In this document: positions 27,025 through 35,945 of the stretch, piece after piece
How the letters are laid out: each line of letters starts with the position of its first letter
Numbering within the stretch: position 1 is the first letter of the stretch
Virus record (IMG/VR): IMGVR_UViG_3300006329_000001
Coordinates: 98,718 to 162,717 of that record
Reading direction: 5' to 3' (one strand)
Source: a virus
Length of the DNA: 64,000 bases
Notes under the pieces: model-generated
What the model saw: only the letters and a program-made list of their open reading frames with translations
Told to the model about the DNA's origin: nothing
Database searches by the model: none
Program-made: the position numbers and the translations under genes

Positions 27025-27581
27025 TAGGTCAACTTGTTAAGATCGTCTCTTACTTCTCCTTGCCAATCTGATAATTTACTATAGTCTTTCTTCTTAGTTG
27101 CACTATCTGAGTACTTAGAGGAAGTTGCTACCTTGATATTACTTCTCTCCTTCGCCATTTCAGATTCTAACCATGGTTGCTCAGGTTCTTTAAGTACAAA
27201 CTTACGATACATGTTGATAGTCTCAAGACCACCTTCGATCTTAACCAAATCATCCCTCATTTCATTGAGTTCAGTGAAATTGATTCTAGTCTCAGGTCTA
27301 TCGAATGACATGGATGTCATACCTTCTTGCATCTCTTGATACTTAAGGAACATTTCTCTATGCTGATAGATAAGATTCTTCCATAAGTCATCAAGTGTTT
27401 GCACTGCTTCATATGCAGTTTTTACTTCTTCTATTACCTCAGGGGGCAATTCGGGCAATCCTAGGTCTTCTAAATCCTGATTTATATTTTCTGGATCGAG
27501 ATTAGTTGGTGCACCACTGGGGTTAATACCATCTACCTCAGCATCCTCAAGGTTAGTTACCTTTTTTACATCTTCTGACAT
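27024..27581 (-). CDS. Hypothetical acidic coiled-coil protein
   Basis: 185 aa, coupled on both sides. Confidence 0.7.
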   Translation of the reverse strand: MSEDVKKVTNLEDAEVDGINPSGAPTNLDPENINQDLEDLGLPELPPEVIEEVKTAYEAVQTLDDLWKNLIYQHREMFLKYQEMQEGMTSMSFDRPETRINFTELNEMRDDLVKIEGGLETINMYRKFVLKEPEQPWLESEMAKERSNIKVATSSKYSDSATKKKDYSKLSDWQGEVRDDLNKLT

Positions 27582-27582
27582 T

Positions 27583-29163
27583 TTACTCCTTATAAATGGT
27601 CTGGTTTAAAAACTCGTAAGACGAGGGTAAAGTCTCACAATATTCTAGCATGTGTTGGTGCCACTCGTCAATGATCTTCTCTGCGTTGGTGAGTGCTTGC
27701 TCATCCTCCTCAGGAATTATCTCATTGCACATCCTTGATAAAGGTAGTGTCACTTTATTTATAGGATTAAATCCCATACCTGCTGCACAATATCTGGGTC
27801 CATCATTATACTCTATGCTACCAAGATTTGTTAAGAAATCAAAGTTTATGTACTTATGTGACCCATAACGCATGAATAGGTTGTCAGTACCACAGAAATC
27901 ATAGTCCACCACCTCTGATGCTGTCCTCCAGAAATCTGTCTTACGTTCAGAGAAAGCATAGTGAGCAGCAACGAAGTTCTTATGTCCTTCTATCTCATGG
28001 TCTGCTATCTGATTAATCATTTCCTTTTCTACCTTAGGAATGAACCCCCTACGTCCTGATAGTGCATTACATAATCTAATCACTTGTTCATGTGTAACCA
28101 ACAGACCAGTGGACTCTAATGGTTCTACAAAACAATTAGATAAACCAACAGCAATAACATTACCAACAAATGATTTCTTATGCTTACCCATCTTAAATGG
28201 GATAGTTCTATATGATACCTGATCTGCTCTATACTTTCCTCTTGTCTTTACCAAATAATTATGCAACTCTACTTGTGCTTCATCTTCTGATATAAAATTA
28301 CTAGAGTAAACATATCCTAGTCCACCACGTTCCCACAATGGTACATCCCACACCCATCCATTATCTAATGCTGTACAGTTGGTTGTATTAGTAACTTCTT
28401 TCTCAGGATTTTCATGTGGTACTGATATTGATATTGCTTTATCATTTAATAGGCAACCTCCATCATTATAATGGAATGACTCAAAGGGTACATCCATTGC
28501 TTCTCCTAATAGCAATGACTTAAACCCACTGCAATCTACAAATAGATCAGCACTTAATGTCTTACCATTATATACTACACAATCAATATCACCATTCTCT
28601 TTTTTAATTACTCCCGTTACTGTACCCGTAATATGTTTTACTCTCTTACATACATTATTCTTTAACCACTGTCCAAACTTAATAGCATCTATATGATATG
28701 CAGTATCAACCCATGGTTTCCAATAGGTAGTATCATATGTGAGTTTATTATATTTGGTGAAGTGTGCTACTGGATTAAATGTAGTAGCAAATGTATCGTT
28801 AGTATATTTTCCTGGTTTAGTTGCATTAAGTACGAACCATGCCATCCATGGAACTTTACTTTCCATCTCATCTGGTGATCCAAAGGGATATAACCAACTC
28901 TCTCCTTTCTTCCAAAAGTCATTAAAACTAATAGCAGTTTTATAGGTTGCACCTATATCTTTCATCCAATCAGAATCTTTGAGTCCTAATAATGATATAA
29001 ATCTACGAATCTGTTGTAGTGATGACTCACCCACACCTATAACACCCTGATTTGGATCCTCAATTAATGTGACGTTAACATGAGGGCATAGCACATCCAA
29101 TGCTGCAGCAGTCATCCAACCACTACTACCACCACCAACAATAACTATGTCCTTAACTTGCAT
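27583..29163 (-). CDS. Flavin-dependent (tryptophan-type) halogenase
   Basis: GGGSSG FAD motif, GVGES, catalytic ATYK, GWVWDVP, FVEPLESTG. Confidence 0.93.
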   Translation of the reverse strand: MQVKDIVIVGGGSSGWMTAAALDVLCPHVNVTLIEDPNQGVIGVGESSLQQIRRFISLLGLKDSDWMKDIGATYKTAISFNDFWKKGESWLYPFGSPDEMESKVPWMAWFVLNATKPGKYTNDTFATTFNPVAHFTKYNKLTYDTTYWKPWVDTAYHIDAIKFGQWLKNNVCKRVKHITGTVTGVIKKENGDIDCVVYNGKTLSADLFVDCSGFKSLLLGEAMDVPFESFHYNDGGCLLNDKAISISVPHENPEKEVTNTTNCTALDNGWVWDVPLWERGGLGYVYSSNFISEDEAQVELHNYLVKTRGKYRADQVSYRTIPFKMGKHKKSFVGNVIAVGLSNCFVEPLESTGLLVTHEQVIRLCNALSGRRGFIPKVEKEMINQIADHEIEGHKNFVAAHYAFSERKTDFWRTASEVVDYDFCGTDNLFMRYGSHKYINFDFLTNLGSIEYNDGPRYCAAGMGFNPINKVTLPLSRMCNEIIPEEDEQALTNAEKIIDEWHQHMLEYCETLPSSYEFLNQTIYKE

Positions 29164-30739
29164 AAATCTTTCTTAACGTATAATCGTATGACGATTCCAT
29201 ATCCTTTGTCCAATCATACATGGTCTTCCTCCATTCGTCAAATGTCCTATCTGCTTCATTTAGATAGAACTCATCATAATCCTCAGACAGATTATTCATC
29301 AGACGCTTGAGGTATAGAGTATGGTCACAAATAGGATTAAATCCCATACCTGCTGCTATATATCTGACACCATCATTATGTGCAGGATCACCGATCCACT
29401 CATATGATACATGCTTCTCTGCTGAGTATTTGACAAATAGATTATCTAATCCACCCTCTGTGAAATTATATGATATATCATCTGTTACTGTCTGCCAATA
29501 TTTACCTTCTCTTCTACTGAAAGCATAGTGAGCAGAAATAAATGTCATGAAACCATCTATCTCTAGGTCTGCTACTAGATTCATCATATCTATTTCTGCT
29601 CTATTAGTATATCCTTCTCTACCTGCTAGAGTTGTACATAGTCTAGTGATCTGTTCATGTGTAGTTACTAAACCAGTTGCTTCTAATGGTTCTACAAAAC
29701 AATTAGAGAGACCAATAGCACATACATTCTTTACCCATGACTTCTCATGCTTTCCATTCTTAAATGGAATAGTTCTCATGGATGCTTTGTCTGCTCTCTC
29801 CTTTCCTCTTGTCCTAACCAAATAATCATATAGCTCTTGCTCTGGATTCTCTGCGAAATCCTTTGAGTACACATATCCTACACCAGATCTCTCCCATAAT
29901 GGTACATCCCAGACCCAACCATTATCTATAGCAGTACAGTTAGTGCTATTGGTTATCTCTGTAGATGGGTCTACATGGGGCATGTGACACGCTACAGCAG
30001 TGTCATTTAGCAATGAACCCCCATCATTATGGTGATAACTAATAAATTTAGATCCACATGTCTGTTCTAATAGTAGAGACTTAAATCCTGTACAATCAAT
30101 ATATAAATCTGCTTCGAACTCTCTACCATCATCCGTGTATAATTTCTCAATATAACCACGGGCATCTTGGGCAAATTTAGCAACATTACCCGTATGATAT
30201 TCCAATCCTCTTGGCAAACAATAGTTATCCTTTAACCACTGTCCAAACTTAAGTGCATCAAAATGATATGCACTGTCCACCCATGGGTTCCAATGGGTTT
30301 CATCATCACTTAATTTATTATACTTAGCTAATGCACCTACACTATTAAAACACTCAGCAAATGTACCCCTGTGATATTTCTCAGGTCTAGTTAAATTTAA
30401 TGAGAACCATGACATCCACCCATGTGGTACTTCCTTCAGTACTTTCTCAGCACTACCGAATGGATAATCCCATGTCTCACCTTTCTGATAGAAATCATTA
30501 AATCTTATATTTACCTTATAAGTTGCACCAGTCGCTGCCATCCACTGTTCATCTTTTAAGTCCAATAACTTAAAAAACTCGTTGATCTGTCCGAGAGTAG
30601 ATTCCCCGACACCACTAACAGGGTAGTCGGGACTCTCGATCAACGAGGTTTTAATGTGTGGGCATAATTTTAGGAGTGCTGCAGCAGTCATCCAACCTGC
30701 AGTTCCACCCCCAACAATGAGGACATTACGAATTTTCAT
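29153..30739 (-). CDS. Flavin-dependent (tryptophan-type) halogenase, paralog
   Basis: GGGTAG, GVGES, ATYK, GWVWDVP, FVEPLEATG. Confidence 0.93.
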   Translation of the reverse strand: MKIRNVLIVGGGTAGWMTAAALLKLCPHIKTSLIESPDYPVSGVGESTLGQINEFFKLLDLKDEQWMAATGATYKVNIRFNDFYQKGETWDYPFGSAEKVLKEVPHGWMSWFSLNLTRPEKYHRGTFAECFNSVGALAKYNKLSDDETHWNPWVDSAYHFDALKFGQWLKDNYCLPRGLEYHTGNVAKFAQDARGYIEKLYTDDGREFEADLYIDCTGFKSLLLEQTCGSKFISYHHNDGGSLLNDTAVACHMPHVDPSTEITNSTNCTAIDNGWVWDVPLWERSGVGYVYSKDFAENPEQELYDYLVRTRGKERADKASMRTIPFKNGKHEKSWVKNVCAIGLSNCFVEPLEATGLVTTHEQITRLCTTLAGREGYTNRAEIDMMNLVADLEIDGFMTFISAHYAFSRREGKYWQTVTDDISYNFTEGGLDNLFVKYSAEKHVSYEWIGDPAHNDGVRYIAAGMGFNPICDHTLYLKRLMNNLSEDYDEFYLNEADRTFDEWRKTMYDWTKDMESSYDYTLRKIYAS

Positions 30740-30754
30740 AATAAAGGATTAAAT

Positions 30755-31429
30755 TTATCCTACATCAGTAGTTATACGATCATCAGAGTCAGGTGCATGT
30801 GATGTTGGCACATCAGATCCACTTACAACATCTGGATTAGTATCCACTGCTTCTGTGACAGGTGCTTGAGTTACAGGTTGTGCATCAACATGATCTGAAC
30901 CTGTTGCTACATCACCACGATCAGCAAATTCACAAAGTTTAAACTCTCTGCGAACACCAATTTCCATTTCCTCTGGAGTATTCCAAGCGGGCATGTTGTC
31001 ATCATGTGGGAATGGTTGATCTGGTTCTTCTGCTACTCTTTCAGTAACAGTTGCAGCAGGGTCTGCAGGGTCAACTACTTCTATCTCTTTCCATGTGATA
31101 GGACGTGCTTCTGATTTAACTTTCTTAATGTGCTGATAGAACTTACCTTCTTTAGCTTTCTCACCAAAGAGACCTGCATCTATATCTTTCCAGAGCATTC
31201 CTAATTGAGTACCTGGTTCACCATAGGCAATAAGTTTCTCTTGCAATGGATCTGTGTATAAGAAGTCAGGGATCCACTCTCCTAACATCATTCTCCATTC
31301 GATATCTACCTCGTCAGGTGCATCAACCCATTTAAGTGAAGATCCTGGACCTGTGTAGACTTCGAACTCTTCGCCTTTCTCGACGATATCGGTAATGAAA
31401 CCGTCTGATCTAATTAAACAACTTTTCAT
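30755..31429 (-). CDS. Putative tail-fibre-associated/assembly protein
   Basis: Y..PGTQLGMLWKDIDAG..GKFYQHIKKVK resembles phage fibre accessory proteins; follows Gly-rich fibre genes. Confidence 0.45.
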   Translation of the reverse strand: MKSCLIRSDGFITDIVEKGEEFEVYTGPGSSLKWVDAPDEVDIEWRMMLGEWIPDFLYTDPLQEKLIAYGEPGTQLGMLWKDIDAGLFGEKAKEGKFYQHIKKVKSEARPITWKEIEVVDPADPAATVTERVAEEPDQPFPHDDNMPAWNTPEEMEIGVRREFKLCEFADRGDVATGSDHVDAQPVTQAPVTEAVDTNPDVVSGSDVPTSHAPDSDDRITTDVG

Positions 31430-31430
31430 T

Positions 31431-32231
31431 TTAATCGAATTCGTAAACTACTACAATACCCTGACGACCATCGCCACCTCTCTCACCGTTTCTTCCAGAT
31501 GAACCACCTGCACCGTATGCAGCATGTGATCTGTAACGCTGAGCCCATTGCTGTCTCCTGTGGGTAGTAGGAGACGAACCGCCCCAGAAACTTGTACCAC
31601 CATGTCCTAAACCTGGTGGGTTTCTGTGTGCCTGACCTGAACCACCATAGATTCTAACAGAACCTTGATTAGGGTTACCACCCAGTGATCCTTCATGTTG
31701 TTGGTTCCTGTTAGCACCTTGTCCACCACCTGATGAACAATAGTTACCAAAGGATGAAGTACCTCCATTACCACCACGAGACTGGTAATTAGTACCACCA
31801 CCACCGCCACCAACAGAGACGGAAATGGAGTTAATGTTTTCTACATTAACAATACTTTCGGTGTGTGCACCTGCGGATCCAGATTCACCATAACCTGATC
31901 CACCGCCACCACCTGCAGTGCATTTCACCCATATACGCTTAATTCCACTGGGTTTGTTCCATGTGGAATTAGAGTTATATACACTGATTGATTTTGGTCC
32001 ACCACCTGCTTCGATCTGACCCCATGACATTGATGATCCGTTAGTAGTAAGAAACTTACCTGACTGACCCGATACTGATGGGATAACCTGTGATGAAGAA
32101 CCTGATATGGTTCCGTTGATGTTGATGTTGGATACGGTTAGAGTACCATTCACTGTAATAGAACCAGAACTGAGGTCTAAACCACCAGAACCAGAAAGGT
32201 CTCTAATTGCCGATACTTTGAGGGTACTCAT
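31431..32231 (-). CDS. Glycine-rich tail-fibre-like protein A
   Basis: MSTLKV start, GQSGKFLTTNGS..SW motif, TWNKPSG...GGGGGG...GIVVVYE Gly-rich domain. Confidence 0.7.
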   Translation of the reverse strand: MSTLKVSAIRDLSGSGGLDLSSGSITVNGTLTVSNININGTISGSSSQVIPSVSGQSGKFLTTNGSSMSWGQIEAGGGPKSISVYNSNSTWNKPSGIKRIWVKCTAGGGGGSGYGESGSAGAHTESIVNVENINSISVSVGGGGGGTNYQSRGGNGGTSSFGNYCSSGGGQGANRNQQHEGSLGGNPNQGSVRIYGGSGQAHRNPPGLGHGGTSFWGGSSPTTHRRQQWAQRYRSHAAYGAGGSSGRNGERGGDGRQGIVVVYEFD

Positions 32232-32255
32232 TGATTACTCTGTCTCCTTCCTTGT

Positions 32256-32263
32256 TATTTATA
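32256..32263 (-). promoter_or_regulatory. T4-type late promoter TATAAATA
   Basis: Exact motif, followed by AAGGAG RBS for 31431-32231. Confidence 0.75.
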
Positions 32264-33067
32264 CTATAAAAATTCATAGACAACTATGATACCTTGGCGA
32301 CCATCGCCACCTCTTTCAGGGTTCTTACCTGATGAACCACCTGCACCGTATGCAGCATGACCCCGATATCTTTGTGCCCACTGTTGTCTTCTATGGGTTG
32401 TTGGTGAAGCACCACCCCAAAAACTACAACCACCATGTCCTAAACCTGGTGGGTTTCTATGTGCTTGAGAAGAACCACCATAGATTCTAACTGAACCTTG
32501 GTTGGGATTACCACCTAATGCACCTTCATGTTGTTGGTTACGGTTTGCACCTTGACCACCACCTGATGAGCAGTAATTACCAAAGGATGAAGTTCCTCCG
32601 TTACCACCACGAGATTGATAATTGGTACCACCACCTCCACCTCCAACTGATACTGAGATAGAGTTAATGTTGGTTACATCAACGAATGATTCGGTGTGTG
32701 CACCTGCTGCACCTGACTCTCCATATCCTGAACCACCTCCTCCACCTGCAGTACACTTAACCCAAATACGTCTGATGCCACTTGGTTTATTCCAAGTAGA
32801 ACTTGAGTTATATACTGATATAGAGTTTGGTGCTCCTCCACCACCTGATACAGCAGACCATGATATGCTTGATCCGTTAGTGTAGAGAAAACTACCTGCT
32901 TGACCACTTTGTGAGGGAATTATATACCCTGAGGATCCACTTATAGTTCCGTTGATAACCAATTTATTGACTGTTAACGAGCCATTAGCAGTGATCGCTC
33001 CACCAGAGAACGACATACCGCCTTGGTTAGATAAATCCTTTACTTGTGCGACATTTAAACGAGTCAT
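32264..33067 (-). CDS. Glycine-rich tail-fibre-like protein B (paralog of A)
   Basis: C-terminal ~190 aa nearly identical to 31431-32231. Confidence 0.7.
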   Translation of the reverse strand: MTRLNVAQVKDLSNQGGMSFSGGAITANGSLTVNKLVINGTISGSSGYIIPSQSGQAGSFLYTNGSSISWSAVSGGGGAPNSISVYNSSSTWNKPSGIRRIWVKCTAGGGGGSGYGESGAAGAHTESFVDVTNINSISVSVGGGGGGTNYQSRGGNGGTSSFGNYCSSGGGQGANRNQQHEGALGGNPNQGSVRIYGGSSQAHRNPPGLGHGGCSFWGGASPTTHRRQQWAQRYRGHAAYGAGGSSGKNPERGGDGRQGIIVVYEFL

Positions 33068-33807
33068 TGGTTATGATTTAGCTCCTTCCTTCTATTTAGC
33101 TGAGTAGGACTTATATGTTGTAACGGTTGTACCTTAAAAGCATATTTACCGTTATCTATAATTTCTGGTAAGAAATTCATACTGATAGTTCTTCTACCCT
33201 TCCAAAGATTATATATTGCTTCATATCCATGGAGCATCTCAGCGTTCCAGATGAATAACATACCCTCTTCGGGTGAGGATTGGTGAACTTCCTTTGTATA
33301 TTTATTACCTTGATTTGCTATGCGTGGTTGACGCATCTGTGACAGACTGGGTACACTGTCCTTATATGTACTTCTGTAGAAATCTAATGGTGCATGTAAT
33401 TTTGGATCGAAATCCACAAAGTATGTACCAACTATCATACAGTTATTATGATTATGCTTGATCTGCCAAGTGTGCTCTGTCTGGCACATGTTCATCCAAC
33501 AGTCTGTGATCAGCATATTAGATTCATTTAGATCATACTCTAATAATTCAGTAAAGAAATGAGTAGATGATTCTAAAAGAAAATTCTCAAAATCATTTAA
33601 CCTATCATCAAACCTTAATAAACTACTATTAGAAATATTAAAGTAATGATGTAGATTCTCTTCGGCAACGTTGTCGTTCCACTCATCATGTCCTTTAGGT
33701 ATTTCCTCAAGAACACGATCACATACATCTTTTACGACCTGTTGGTCACCACCATACCTATATTTCCCAATAAACTTGGGAAAAAATTCCTCAATCTCAA
33801 AATCCAT
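33064..33807 (-). CDS. Putative 2OG-Fe(II) oxygenase (TIGR02466-like)
   Basis: WMN..KHNH.N, EEGMLFIW...LH, RRTISMN. Confidence 0.8.
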   Translation of the reverse strand: MDFEIEEFFPKFIGKYRYGGDQQVVKDVCDRVLEEIPKGHDEWNDNVAEENLHHYFNISNSSLLRFDDRLNDFENFLLESSTHFFTELLEYDLNESNMLITDCWMNMCQTEHTWQIKHNHNNCMIVGTYFVDFDPKLHAPLDFYRSTYKDSVPSLSQMRQPRIANQGNKYTKEVHQSSPEEGMLFIWNAEMLHGYEAIYNLWKGRRTISMNFLPEIIDNGKYAFKVQPLQHISPTQLNRRKELNHNQ

Positions 33808-33810
33808 AGT

Positions 33811-35070
33811 TTAGAAATTATGTTGATTAGTCGATAAGAGATAATAGTTACCTATCGAATACGCTCCACCATCATTAAATCCGATGTTAGAGAGGTTTTT
33901 AAGGTTATTACGAGAACCTCCGTACATATTTAGATACCCGTCAGCAGAGTAATCCCCGTTGGGTTCTGAATGTGTATTGTCTCTTAACCACCATCTACCA
34001 CCATCTGTAACTCTCCAGTCATGAGTATTGTTACCACCATAATCAGCAGATCTCATGATCCTTCCAGTATAGTTGCCCCCGCCACCAGTCTTGTAGACAT
34101 CACCACAACCGACAAAGAAGTTTGGCCAGTTGCCACCATTAACTATTGTAGCATAGTTTGCTGCTGCTCTCCATGCATACTTTGATCTGCCATAGAACAT
34201 ATCAAGTCCTAAGTCAGCACCAGTATGGTATTGTCCATGATAATTAATGTTTCTACCACTACCATTAACAGGATAGAAATCATATCCACCACCATCTTCA
34301 GTAGCATCAACATACATCTGAAGTGGATTAGGCATGGAATGTGACTGAACCCAATATTGTCCACTGGTCTGTACAGCACCATATGCCACACCAAACTTCC
34401 CAGATTCCATAGCGGACTCTGGACTGGATCCATTTCCGAAATTTAATTCTGAGGCATTAACAACTCTAATACGAGAATGGGAAATATAATATGCTTCGTC
34501 TCCTCTACTCTGGTTAAGATCCGTTCTATGATCCACCTGCACACTTGCAGATGTATGAGGAATCCATCCAGATGAAAATCTTAGATAACACATAGTGCCA
34601 TCATTAGAACCGTTCCATGGTTCATAACTATAGTCATTATCACATCTACACAATAGGGTTGCACCACCTGTTACTGATCTATCATGGTTCCCTACTAATT
34701 CTCTAAATCTATTCTCATTCCACTGCTTTCGCCAGTTAGCAAATCTATTACCATCAATATTAATATGCTGATACTCATTATCCCATGAGTCTACATGGTG
34801 GATAAGACAATCATAAGATAGGTATTGATGTGCAGGGAGTCCACCTACATTAAGTTGATATGTACGTCCTGAACCACCCCAACCATGCCAGTATCCACCA
34901 CCACCACTATATCCTGGCGGTGTAGGACTAACTGACATCGAGGAAGTTTCAGAATAATTCCAGTTACTTATATAATTTCTTACATCATTTCCTTCATCAT
35001 ATACTGTCTCTCTTCGGACTGATCCTCCACCAGCTCCACCAGTTACAATTTTCGCAATTCCAATAGGCAT
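33811..35070 (-). CDS. Putative receptor-binding/lectin-like fibre protein
   Basis: Trp/Gly/Asn-rich; fibrinogen-like SGQYWV...YVD..EDGGG motif. Confidence 0.55.
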   Translation of the reverse strand: MPIGIAKIVTGGAGGGSVRRETVYDEGNDVRNYISNWNYSETSSMSVSPTPPGYSGGGGYWHGWGGSGRTYQLNVGGLPAHQYLSYDCLIHHVDSWDNEYQHINIDGNRFANWRKQWNENRFRELVGNHDRSVTGGATLLCRCDNDYSYEPWNGSNDGTMCYLRFSSGWIPHTSASVQVDHRTDLNQSRGDEAYYISHSRIRVVNASELNFGNGSSPESAMESGKFGVAYGAVQTSGQYWVQSHSMPNPLQMYVDATEDGGGYDFYPVNGSGRNINYHGQYHTGADLGLDMFYGRSKYAWRAAANYATIVNGGNWPNFFVGCGDVYKTGGGGNYTGRIMRSADYGGNNTHDWRVTDGGRWWLRDNTHSEPNGDYSADGYLNMYGGSRNNLKNLSNIGFNDGGAYSIGNYYLLSTNQHNF

Positions 35071-35072
35071 GA

Positions 35073-35930
35073 TTATTCAGTATATTGTACTTGGTTTCCA
35101 AATACGTTCCAACTTTCGCCATCAACGTAGAAGAAGTAGTTTATAACATCCCATCCACTTCCAGAACTAGGTGGTGATGCATACATTGTAGTAGTATTCT
35201 GTCCATTTATATTTACATCATTTACAGTACCAGTACCATTTACCTGTTTTATAATTATCTGTGCAGTATATACGAAACCACCGACATTAGGAACATTGTT
35301 AAAGTTAACTGAGAAGTTACCATTATAACCTGAGGGGTTAGTAGTAATAAAAATTGTTCCTTGACTATGATCTAGAGTAACACTACCACCCTTACCAAAT
35401 CCTATGAAATTTTCTTTTGTTTGTCCAAACTCAAGTGTAGAACCTGGAATTAACCTTAAGTGTTCATTGACACCAATGTTGTTAAAATATCTGTATGCAG
35501 TTAGATCTTCGTCAGGACCAATAATTGTCCATGTTGCACCATTCTCAATAGTAACAGTGTAACCGTTTGCAATAGTAATAGGAGCAGCAGTGAAACCGTT
35601 TGTAAATTCTACACCACCGTTAGCTGTTGGACCAACTGTAAGATTCTCTGATATTGTAGTTCCGTTGGTTCTAATAATAGAATTCTCACCAACTGAGGGA
35701 CCACCACCACCTACGCTATCCCAACCAGGTGAACCAGATACATCTTGTTTCCATATCTGTGCTTCATCTTCTGTAGAGTTATATACTAACGTTCCATAAG
35801 CAGGAGTACCAAGTGCATTAACTGCTGCTTGGTTAAGTTCTGGCAGATTAAGTTGCTCTGTAACTGTTAGAGCAGTAACAATCGCTCTAGTTGCAGCATC
35901 AATCTGGTTTCCAATAATCTTTGTTGACAT
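35073..35930 (-). CDS. Tail-fibre-like structural protein
   Basis: GTLVYNST..W...GGGGPS...IIRTN..ISENLT fibre motifs. Confidence 0.65.
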   Translation of the reverse strand: MSTKIIGNQIDAATRAIVTALTVTEQLNLPELNQAAVNALGTPAYGTLVYNSTEDEAQIWKQDVSGSPGWDSVGGGGPSVGENSIIRTNGTTISENLTVGPTANGGVEFTNGFTAAPITIANGYTVTIENGATWTIIGPDEDLTAYRYFNNIGVNEHLRLIPGSTLEFGQTKENFIGFGKGGSVTLDHSQGTIFITTNPSGYNGNFSVNFNNVPNVGGFVYTAQIIIKQVNGTGTVNDVNINGQNTTTMYASPPSSGSGWDVINYFFYVDGESWNVFGNQVQYTE

Positions 35931-35945
35931 AATCCCCTCGTGATG

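Noticed and set aside
22584-31429. Classical RiPP cluster with precursor peptide
   Set aside because: No leader/core-like peptide, protease or exporter recognised; small ORFs look like ordinary helical proteins
31431-33067. Paralog pair as DGR template/variable repeats
   Set aside because: No reverse transcriptase in the window; both copies are full ORFs and differences are mainly synonymous
17045-33807. Fe/2OG enzymes as radical halogenases
   Set aside because: None shows the HxA/HxG substitution; all have HxD or HxH
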